Shown: positions 17,271-24,105, numbered from the stretch's first letter. The stretch is 34,074 nt of DNA from Candidatus Binatia bacterium (GCA_050735855.1 JBOHWA010000449.1:1-34074), one strand, 5' to 3'. Translations and numbers: made by a program. Notes: generated by a model not told the origin, from the letters alone.

Positions 17271-18383
17271 TTACGGCAACCGAATTTCGGAGTTGAAGGA
17301 AGGACAACCTGGAGGATCCGCATCATCCGTGCAGAAATGGAGGTTGGTCGCCGCCGTGTCCGACGAGCCGTCTCCAGCCGTGCGCAGCACATTCGCGACA
17401 CCCAGGACGGGGGCCAGACCCGGTCCGATCGGCGTCACGATCGCCTTGCCGAACGTGGTCTGCAGACCCGCCTCGGTCATCACGAACGGCGGGCCGAGAT
17501 CGCCGATGAGCGATTCGAACCAACAATCCACGAGGACCGGGGAAATCGATCTGTTGACCTCAAACTCGTTGCGGATCGCGAAGGTCACAGCCGTTTCCTC
17601 GGGCTCGAGATTCTCGAAGTCGATGGCGCACGGGATGAACGTCAGGCTGGTGCTGACCACCGAAGGGCTGTTGCCCGCCAGCGCGATCGCCGGATCTTCT
17701 GCGCCATCGCCGATGAAGTTCACATAAAGGCCGCCGGGGCAGGCCGCGTACTCGACCCCATTGAGCGACAGGACGTTGTCCAGGTTGTTGGTGCCGCTGG
17801 TCGGCCCGCACAGACCTGGATTGCCCATCGCCATCCCGTTGCCGTTGCAGGACGGGATGCCGATCGCGTTGTACTTGCTGACGTTGTTGGTCCCACCCAG
17901 GGTGGTGATATCCCCGATGGTGGCCTGTCCGGTCAGGCTGTTGCTGCCCATCGGCGTTCCGTCGAGGGCCGTTTCAACGCAGACCAGGAAGCCGGTGAAG
18001 CCCGGCGGAACCGGAGGAACCAGACCCGGGTCAAACCCGCGATCTCCGTCCTGCGGATTGACCGCACGACCGTCGCTCGCCGACCAGGTGGTCGGCTGCT
18101 GACGGGTCAGCGAGATTTCGAAGTCGGTGACCTGCCAGGCAGGCTGGCCGTTCACCGGTCGACCGTCGGTGTAGAAGCAGTGCGCATGCACCACGTTGTT
18201 CGACACGTTCGAAATCTGAATGATGGTGTTCGGATTGGTATTCACCACCTTCGGGAAGATCAGGATCGATCCCGGTCGTTCCGTACTGAAGTTCCCTTGC
18301 GCGCTGACCGTTCCGGCCGCAAGCGTCATCCCGAGCAGGACGCCTGCGATCACACCGGCTCGCAGCCCCTTCACCGTACTCAT
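17271..18383 (-). CDS. Secreted cysteine-containing protein, paralog B of the same family (shortest, lacks Cys-rich inserts)
   Basis: ATG 18383 is preceded by AAGGAGGAG. Signal peptide GVIAGVLLGMTLAAGTVSA-QG. Motifs: ILIFPKVVN, TIIQISN, DFEISLTRQQPTTW, FTGFLVCVETA, KYNAIGI, LTFIPC, AIRNEFEVNRS. It ends ...NSEIRLP. Confidence 0.85.
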   Translation of the reverse strand: MSTVKGLRAGVIAGVLLGMTLAAGTVSAQGNFSTERPGSILIFPKVVNTNPNTIIQISNVSNNVVHAHCFYTDGRPVNGQPAWQVTDFEISLTRQQPTTWSASDGRAVNPQDGDRGFDPGLVPPVPPGFTGFLVCVETALDGTPMGSNSLTGQATIGDITTLGGTNNVSKYNAIGIPSCNGNGMAMGNPGLCGPTSGTNNLDNVLSLNGVEYAACPGGLYVNFIGDGAEDPAIALAGNSPSVVSTSLTFIPCAIDFENLEPEETAVTFAIRNEFEVNRSISPVLVDCWFESLIGDLGPPFVMTEAGLQTTFGKAIVTPIGPGLAPVLGVANVLRTAGDGSSDTAATNLHFCTDDADPPGCPSFNSEIRLP

Positions 18384-18451
18384 GGGTTCTCCTCCTTCAT
18401 AAGGACACGCGCTCCAGAGTCCGACTCAAGTCCCCTCACCCACGCGTCGGA

Positions 18452-19606
18452 CTAGGGAATCCGGATGAAGTCCGGGTGGTCGCGATCGGCGAACTGATTC
18501 AGATTGTAGGCTGCACCCGAATCGACCAGACCGGTCGCGTCGCATCCGGTCACGTCGCAGAACGAGAGGCTGGCTGCCCCGATGAGGCCGCCGTTGACGC
18601 CGGTGATACGGGTCTGACCCGCCACCGTGCCGGAGACACCCGCGTTGAAGATCGACCGTGCAGGCTGCGTGGTATCGATGCGTGAGATCGGGCGGTCGAG
18701 CAGGCAGTCGACCGGCTGACTGGTCGAGAAGCGCTGTTCGAACTCGTTGTAGACCAGGAACTGCGCTGTCACACGGGGGACCTGCTGCTGGAGGAAGTCC
18801 TCGGTGCAGGGCACCAGGCTGAGCTCCGACTGCGCCCGATAGATCCCCGAGATCGGGTCGACCGCGTTGTCAAACAGGTGGTTGAAAACCAGAACTTGGG
18901 CGCAGGGCTGATACTCGGGCTCGTCCTCGCCACCGATGACCAACTCCGCGTCGCCATTGTTGAATCCGTTGCTGCGCAGGCCCACGGCGTTGTACTTGCG
19001 CGTATCGATGATGCCGAGCTCAACCTTGGTGATCGTCGCGGCGCCTTCGAGGTCGTCGCGGCAGCCATTGCCAGTGCATTCGAACGGCAGGCGCGTGATC
19101 GGATCGACCTGGATGCACTTGAGCTCGCCGACGAACGGCGTCTCGCCAACGGGCGGGATGCCGGTGCCTGCGTTGGTGCCAATCCCCTGGGTGCAGCGAT
19201 TGCCGAACCCGCCCTTGCACGGCAGGTCGCTCTGCCCCAGGCCCGCCTCGGCGCTCCAGCCGAGCGGCTGGTTGGAGGTCAGGATGATGTCGAAGTTGAT
19301 CTCGATCCAGCCCGCCTGACAGGAGCCGAAGAAACCGGTGTCGTCCTGGCAATCGAGCGAGTTCTCGCAAACTTCGCCTGTGTTGGTGCAGCGATTGTTC
19401 GCGTTGACATAGAAGCAGTGTGCCGCCGTCGGCTGCGGCGCCTGGTTGGTGAGCTGCAACACAGTGTCGCGCCCATCGTCGACGACGATCTTCGGCCATA
19501 CCACGATCGCCGCACCGGTATCCGAGTAGGTGAATGCGTGTGCCATCGGCGCCATCAGCAGGCTGACCGCGGCCCCCAGCAAACTCAAAGTCTTATTCGT
19601 CAGCAT
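18452..19606 (-). CDS. Secreted cysteine-containing protein, paralog C of the same family
   Basis: ATG 19606 is preceded by GGAGAGAAGGAGAAGG. The track start at 19645 is a GTG abutting the stop of D (TGA at 19642-19644). Signal peptide LSLLGAAVSLLMAPMAHA-FT. Motifs: IVVWPKIVV, TVLQLTN, NFDIILTSNQPLGW, FVGELKCIQVD, KYNAVGL, LSLVPC, LVYNEFEQRFSTS. It ends ...PDFIRIP. Confidence 0.85.
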   Translation of the reverse strand: MLTNKTLSLLGAAVSLLMAPMAHAFTYSDTGAAIVVWPKIVVDDGRDTVLQLTNQAPQPTAAHCFYVNANNRCTNTGEVCENSLDCQDDTGFFGSCQAGWIEINFDIILTSNQPLGWSAEAGLGQSDLPCKGGFGNRCTQGIGTNAGTGIPPVGETPFVGELKCIQVDPITRLPFECTGNGCRDDLEGAATITKVELGIIDTRKYNAVGLRSNGFNNGDAELVIGGEDEPEYQPCAQVLVFNHLFDNAVDPISGIYRAQSELSLVPCTEDFLQQQVPRVTAQFLVYNEFEQRFSTSQPVDCLLDRPISRIDTTQPARSIFNAGVSGTVAGQTRITGVNGGLIGAASLSFCDVTGCDATGLVDSGAAYNLNQFADRDHPDFIRIP

Positions 19607-19641
19607 CGCCCTTCTCCTTCTCTCCATCCGCGCGGGCCGGG

Positions 19642-21147
19642 TCACTGCTCAATAACGGTGACAGGGTCCGGTGTGAACCGGATCTCGTCGTTCATGCACC
19701 GGTCGCAGAAGTCGCCTACGCCCAGGCAGCCGCCATCATCCGTGCACGCGGTCCCGGCGACGCGGCAGAGCCCCGTCGGGCATGCGCCGGCGACGCAACC
19801 GCTGCCGGTGCAGCTCGTATCACTGGAGCAGGTCGTCGTGGTGATCGCACCGCGGCAACTACCGAGACGGCCGTTGTCGCCGTCGCCGTTGACATCGACC
19901 GAGTAGCCGTTGGCGGCGTTGGTGCCCGCTTGAGCGGAAGACATGACGGCCAGCGTGACGTCGCTCTCGTGGAACTCTTCGACGATCGACAGGATGCCAC
20001 TCGGCGGCGCGCAGACACCATTGTCGCCGCACTGAGCATCCGTCGAGCAGGGCGTGTTGACCTCGTCGTCGTCGCCCGCGATGCAGAGGCCGGTGCCGGC
20101 CGGGTTGATGCGGGTGCGCTGGAACGTGCTGCCGCCGAGATTGGAGAAGCCGAGATTCTCGAGCGTGAAGGTCACCCCGCAGGTAAAGGGCCGCTCGACC
20201 GACAGGCGCGACTCGAACTCATTGTGGTAGACGATGTCGACTTGGAAGCGGGTCGGGATCTCGTTTTCGAAATCGTAGCGGCAGGGGATGACCGTAATCT
20301 CGGTCGTCACCGGGCAGCCCGACGTCGCGCAGGCGGCGGGACTGATCGCACCGGCGACCAGATCGTTCGCCCCCGGCGAGTAGTTGGTGAACTCGACGCT
20401 CTCGGGGCAGGCGTTGTAGCCTGTCGCCGTGCTGTTCAGCTCGATGTACTCGGCCGGATCGGGATCGACGGTACCGAGGACGTTGATCGAGTTGTACTCG
20501 CTGATCTGCGTCGAGCCGAGCGTCTCGATGATCGCTTCGCCCTTCAGGCCGTTGGACGGCATCGGAGTGCCGTCCGCTGCGACCTGGATGCAGCGCAGGT
20601 TGCCGTAGAACGGCTGCACCGGCGGCACCACCTGGCCAACCAGGAAGAAGCCCGGGCATTCCTGCCGCGGCGGCACACCGGGGATCAGATCGCAGGAGCC
20701 ATCGGCCGGAAGGGCCGGATTGTAGATACGACCGGTCGACACACGCCAGATCGTGGGCTGTTGGCGGGTGAGGATCACATCGAAGTCCAACGTCGCGCAC
20801 GGCTCATCGGGGTTGAGCCCCAAGACGCACACATCAGAGGGACCACCCGGACAGGCCGGCGCGCTGAACACCGCCGACTCGCTCGGCAGCGTGCAGTGCT
20901 GCTGGCTGAGCGAGCAGATGCCGATCGAGTTGGTGTACTCGCAATGCGCGTACGCGGTCTCGTTGCGGGTATTGGTCAGCGTGATGAGGGTGTCGCGCGT
21001 CCCATCCGCCACTACCTTCGGCCAGATCACCACGGAACCAGGTCGATCCGACGTCGTATCCGCCGCCGCCTGCGTTGCCCCCAGCGCCATGGCCGCCAGC
21101 ATCACTCCCAGGCTATAAAGCCACGGGTTTCGCTTCTGCACTCGCAT
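19642..21147 (-). CDS. Secreted cysteine-rich protein, paralog D of the same family, with an extra C-terminal Cys-rich extension
   Basis: ATG 21147 is preceded by AAGGAGG. Signal peptide LYSLGVMLAAMALGATQAAA-DT. Motifs: VVIWPKVVA, TLITLTN, DFDVILTRQQPTIW, FYGNLRCIQVA, EYNSINV, ITVIPC, IVYHNEFESRLS. The last 147 aa, from CIAG (20085), include the inserts CIAGDDDEVNTPCSTDAQCGDNGVC and DVNGDGDNG...CSSDTSCTGSGCVAGACPTGLCRVAGTACTDDGGC. Confidence 0.85.
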   Translation of the reverse strand: MRVQKRNPWLYSLGVMLAAMALGATQAAADTTSDRPGSVVIWPKVVADGTRDTLITLTNTRNETAYAHCEYTNSIGICSLSQQHCTLPSESAVFSAPACPGGPSDVCVLGLNPDEPCATLDFDVILTRQQPTIWRVSTGRIYNPALPADGSCDLIPGVPPRQECPGFFLVGQVVPPVQPFYGNLRCIQVAADGTPMPSNGLKGEAIIETLGSTQISEYNSINVLGTVDPDPAEYIELNSTATGYNACPESVEFTNYSPGANDLVAGAISPAACATSGCPVTTEITVIPCRYDFENEIPTRFQVDIVYHNEFESRLSVERPFTCGVTFTLENLGFSNLGGSTFQRTRINPAGTGLCIAGDDDEVNTPCSTDAQCGDNGVCAPPSGILSIVEEFHESDVTLAVMSSAQAGTNAANGYSVDVNGDGDNGRLGSCRGAITTTTCSSDTSCTGSGCVAGACPTGLCRVAGTACTDDGGCLGVGDFCDRCMNDEIRFTPDPVTVIEQ

Positions 21148-21220
21148 TGCACGCCTCCTTTCGAGTAACTGCACCCTTTGCGCACGGGGGCTATCGCGTG
21201 TCCCCTTGAACGCGGAAAGC

Positions 21221-21249
21221 CTTATTGCAATTTGATGCCGCACTGTCAA
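21221..21249 (-). promoter_or_regulatory. Candidate sigma70-type promoter for the D-C-B-A operon
   Basis: The minus strand reads CTTGACA-GTGCGGCATCAAATTGC-AATAAG. This is a perfect -35 TTGACA (plus 21244-21249), a 17-nt spacer, a TGC extended element and a 4/6 -10 AATAAG (plus 21221-21226). It lies about 70 nt upstream of ATG 21147 in an AT-richer intergenic region. Pattern match only. Confidence 0.3.
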
Positions 21250-21522
21250 GCGGAAAAGCGAGAGATGCAGCGGCGCGCGTTATTGCTGCGGGCTCGGGTC
21301 GCTTCTGCCACTTGATCATCGGTTCCGTCCTCCCTCGGACACGCCCCTTCGCGGTGCTCGGACGTCACACGCACGGTATATGCCACAAAGGAACGGGCCT
21401 GGGAACTGAATTTTGCTCAACCCCAAAGGTGTGTGCCGTGTTGCAAAAACGGCAGACCGTCAAGCCGGCGTGGCGCGGCCCGACTCCATTTGATGTCCCT
21501 GGCACTATTCCTGAGGGAGCCC

Positions 21523-24105
21523 TCAGGGTTGGACGCGGACGACGATTTCCTTCTTCGGGCCGAGATTGCCGGCCGTATCGCGCAGTTGGATGGCGATCAC
21601 CGTGTCCTCGTCGCCGAACTGGCCGGTGGTTGGCACCTGGTAGCAGTACTGCATGCGGGTTGAGGCGGGCACGACATAGCTGAAGTTGCCGAAGCTATTG
21701 CGCGTGCAGGCGAGATCGCTGGTGGTCTGCAGCGTGAAGCGGCAGGCCATGTCCTGAATCGCGTTGGTCGTCGCGCTGCCGCCGCTGAAGTCGATCGGGC
21801 TTGCCGGCACGCCGCCGAACGGCGTCGGTGGCGGCCCCATGTCGCACTTCGCCGGGCTGCCGTTGCCCGTCGCCTTGCTGACGACCACCTGGAGGTCGCC
21901 GCGATCCTGGCATTGAGGGAAGAGACAGGTGCCGGGATTGAGGTTCGAGGTGCCGCGACGGCCTTCGACGACGAACAGGAAGGTCCCGGTCGAACGGATG
22001 AACACCTCGCGGCCGAACTCGTCGATCAACGGCGTTGGCGTCGGCGTCAGCTGACAGAGGAACTCGCAACAGAAGGGGCAGCCGTCCTGCGAGATCACGC
22101 CGGCGTAGTTGACCCGTGCACCGATCTCGTTCGACGTCGGCGTCGGCGTGCGCGTGATCGTCGGGGTCAAGGTGATCGTCCCGGTAAAGGTCGGCGTGCG
22201 CGTCCGGGTCGGCGTGCGCGTGATGGTCGGGGTGCGGGTGGGCAGCGGTGTGAAGCTGCTGGTGGCGGTGAGCGCCGGCGCCGTCGTGCGCGTCGCCGTG
22301 CGCGTCGGCGTCGCGGTCACGGTGCGGCTCGGGGTGAACGAGAGGACCGGGGTCAGGGTGAAGCTTGCCGTCTGAGTGACCGAGGCCGTGCGCGTCGGCG
22401 TCGCGGTGCGCGTCTCCGTACTGGTACGCGTCGCACTCAGCGTCGGCAGCGGCGTCCCGGTACCCGTCGCCGTGCGGGTCGGCGTGGCCGTGCGCGTCTC
22501 GGTGGCCGTGCGCGTTCCCGTCTCGGTGAAGGTGGCGGATCCGGTCGGCGCGGCGCTGCGCGTCGGCGATGGACTGCGCGTATCGGTCGGTGCCAGGGTG
22601 GGGCTGGCCGTGTGCGACGGCGTGCCGGTGAACGTGATGGTACGCGTTGGGCTCTCGGTGACGGTCAAGGGCGGCGTGGCGGTCAAGGGCGGCGTGGCGG
22701 TGGCGGTGCCGGTGCGCGTCGCCGAAGCGGTCGGCGACTCCGTACTGGTGCGCGAGGACGTCTGCGTGAAGCTGGGCGTCGTCGTGCGCGTCGGCGTCAG
22801 CGTGAAGCTGGCCGTCACGGTCGACGTGGGCGGCACCGGGGTCCGCGTGGGCGTCTCGGTGCGCGACGGGGTCAGCGTGCGCGTGACGGTTTCGCTCGGC
22901 GCGACCGTCTGGGTCGGCGGAGCGGTCGCGGTGCGCGTCGGCGTCAAGGTGAACGGGGGTGTCAGGGTAGACGTCGGCGTCCGCGTGCTGCTGCTGGTCG
23001 CGGTCGAGGCGGCGGTCGGCGCACCACTCGGGGTCATCGACGGCGTCGCGCTGCGCGTCACCGTGCGGGTGAATGTCCCGGTGCGCGTGGTGGTCGGCGG
23101 TGCACCGGGCGTGTGGGTCCGCGTCGGGCTCCCCGTCCGCGTGGCGGTCGCGGGCGGCTGATCGGTGGGTACCGGCGTCGCCGTGCGCGTCGCCGTGCCG
23201 GTGCGCGTCGCGGTGCCGGTGAGGGTTGCGGTGCCGGTGCGCGTTGCGGTGCCGGTGCGCGTCGGCGTCAGCGTCGGCAGCAAGGTGCCGGTGCGCGTCG
23301 GCGTCACCTCCTCCGCGGTCCTGGTTGCCGTCGCCGTACCCGTGCGCGTCGCGGTGCTCGTACGCGTCGCAGTGCCCGTCTGCGTCGCGGTGCGGGTGCG
23401 CGTCGCGGTTCCAGTCAGCGGTGGCACGGACGGCGTCGGCGTCGCGCTCGGGTCAGTCGGCGTCGGCGTCGGACTGTTGTCCGGGGTCGGCGTCGCCGTC
23501 CCGGTCTCGGTCGCGAGAGGCGAGGGCGAGATGCTGTGGGTCACCGTCGGTGTCGATCCATCGCTCGTCGGAGTCACCGTGCCGGTCGCCGTCGCCGTGG
23601 GCTCGACTGTCGCCGTGGGCTCGACCGTCGCCGTGGGCTCGACCGTCGCCGTGGGCTCGATCGTCGGGGTTGGTGTCTCGGGAGAGACAGTCGGCGTCGG
23701 ACTCGACACCGCGGTCAGGGTGGCGGTCGGCGTCGCGGGGCTCGTGGAAGAGGGCGAGACACTGGCGGTCGCCGTCGCAGTAGCAGTCGGCGTGGCGGAC
23801 GAGGTGCTGGTCGAAGAGGGCGTGCCGACGGGCGTCGGGGTTGGGTCAGCCACCAGCGCACGCGCCAGGGCGACCAGATCCGCGGCGCTGAGGCGCTGGT
23901 CCTCATTGACGTCAGCGCTGGCGCAGCCGCTCCCCGCAAACAGGGCGCCCTCGAGGGCCGGGACATCGAGCCCGTTCGTCGCCCCGTCGCAGTTGGTATC
24001 GCCCGCCAGACCCTGGGCAGGGGCGCTGCCAGCGGCCAGCAGCACCATCAATCCAGCGAAAACGACAGATGCTCGGCCCCGCAGTCGGTGCACACGCCCC
24101 CTCAT
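21523..24105 (-). CDS. Secreted giant protein TP2: signal peptide, two-segment dockerin-like module, about 570-aa (T-x)n/PT linker, about 200-aa C-terminal Cys domain
   Basis: ATG 24105 gives MRGRVHRLRGRASVVFAGLMVLLAAGSAPAQG (alternatives 24129 and 24156). Two dockerin-like Ca loops: DTNCDGATNGLDVPALEGALF and DVNEDQRLSAADLVALARALV. A long T/P/A/R/S/G low-complexity region follows. The C-terminal domain is paralogous to TP1 (TNAIQDMACRF vs SNAINDLSCRF; ACTRNSF vs ACTRDHF; IVVRVQP vs IVIRVLPP). Confidence 0.8.
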   Translation of the reverse strand: MRGRVHRLRGRASVVFAGLMVLLAAGSAPAQGLAGDTNCDGATNGLDVPALEGALFAGSGCASADVNEDQRLSAADLVALARALVADPTPTPVGTPSSTSTSSATPTATATATASVSPSSTSPATPTATLTAVSSPTPTVSPETPTPTIEPTATVEPTATVEPTATVEPTATATGTVTPTSDGSTPTVTHSISPSPLATETGTATPTPDNSPTPTPTDPSATPTPSVPPLTGTATRTRTATQTGTATRTSTATRTGTATATRTAEEVTPTRTGTLLPTLTPTRTGTATRTGTATLTGTATRTGTATRTATPVPTDQPPATATRTGSPTRTHTPGAPPTTTRTGTFTRTVTRSATPSMTPSGAPTAASTATSSSTRTPTSTLTPPFTLTPTRTATAPPTQTVAPSETVTRTLTPSRTETPTRTPVPPTSTVTASFTLTPTRTTTPSFTQTSSRTSTESPTASATRTGTATATPPLTATPPLTVTESPTRTITFTGTPSHTASPTLAPTDTRSPSPTRSAAPTGSATFTETGTRTATETRTATPTRTATGTGTPLPTLSATRTSTETRTATPTRTASVTQTASFTLTPVLSFTPSRTVTATPTRTATRTTAPALTATSSFTPLPTRTPTITRTPTRTRTPTFTGTITLTPTITRTPTPTSNEIGARVNYAGVISQDGCPFCCEFLCQLTPTPTPLIDEFGREVFIRSTGTFLFVVEGRRGTSNLNPGTCLFPQCQDRGDLQVVVSKATGNGSPAKCDMGPPPTPFGGVPASPIDFSGGSATTNAIQDMACRFTLQTTSDLACTRNSFGNFSYVVPASTRMQYCYQVPTTGQFGDEDTVIAIQLRDTAGNLGPKKEIVVRVQP
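22133..23840 (-). repeat. Low-complexity coding repeat encoding the (T-x)n / PT linker of TP2
   Basis: The translation contains TGTATRTRTATQTGTATRTSTATRTGTATATRT, TGTATRTGTATLTGTATRTGTATRTATP and many xPTxT units. It generates spurious R/G-rich and V/G-rich ORFs in other frames. Confidence 0.8.
23591..23662 (-). repeat. Four tandem copies of an 18-bp unit (encodes EPTATV x4) inside TP2
   Basis: Plus strand: GTCGCCGTGGGCTCGACT / GTCGCCGTGGGCTCGACC / GTCGCCGTGGGCTCGACC / GTCGCCGTGGGCTCGATC at 23591, 23609, 23627 and 23645. Units differ only at the last two positions. Confidence 0.9.

Noticed and set aside
15739-21168. Long plus-strand ORFs (15739-17241, 17337-18455, 18878-19906, 19930-21168) opposite paralogs A-D
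   Set aside because: They are R/D/A/G/V-rich with no signal peptides, no Shine-Dalgarno sites and no mutual similarity beyond what is imposed by the opposite strand. The minus-strand genes have strong SDs, signal peptides and seven shared motifs.
21226-21240. Sigma54-type -24/-12 element (minus strand GGCATCAAATTGCA) upstream of paralog D
   Set aside because: The GG-to-GC spacing is one nucleotide shorter than the TGGCAC-N5-TTGC consensus. The same bases fit a sigma70 -35/-10 arrangement better. No enhancer-binding protein is in the window.
17218-21249. Upstream extensions of the track ORFs for A (to 17307), C (to 19645, GTG) and D (to 21249), and of TP1 (to 15600)
   Set aside because: The extensions overlap the preceding gene or add non-signal-like basic leaders. 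Internal ATGs at 17217, 19606 and 21147 each have an AAGGAG-type SD 6-9 nt upstream and begin a proper signal peptide. The TP1 extension overlaps the CheY coding region.
21510-21527. Perfect 8-bp palindrome CCTGAGGG-AG-CCCTCAGG overlapping the TP2 stop codon, considered as a terminator
   Set aside because: The 2-nt loop is sterically poor. No T-run follows on the minus strand. A second weak hairpin (TGCCGT...ACGGCA near 21433-21453) also lacks a T-tract. So no confident terminator was called between TP2 and the operon.
15916-24105. Mobile-element explanation for the lower-GC block (integrase, transposase, tRNA attachment site, flanking direct repeats)
   Set aside because: I found no integrase- or transposase-like ORF, no tRNA gene and no obvious flanking direct or inverted repeats in the window. 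Horizontal origin remains only a compositional suggestion.
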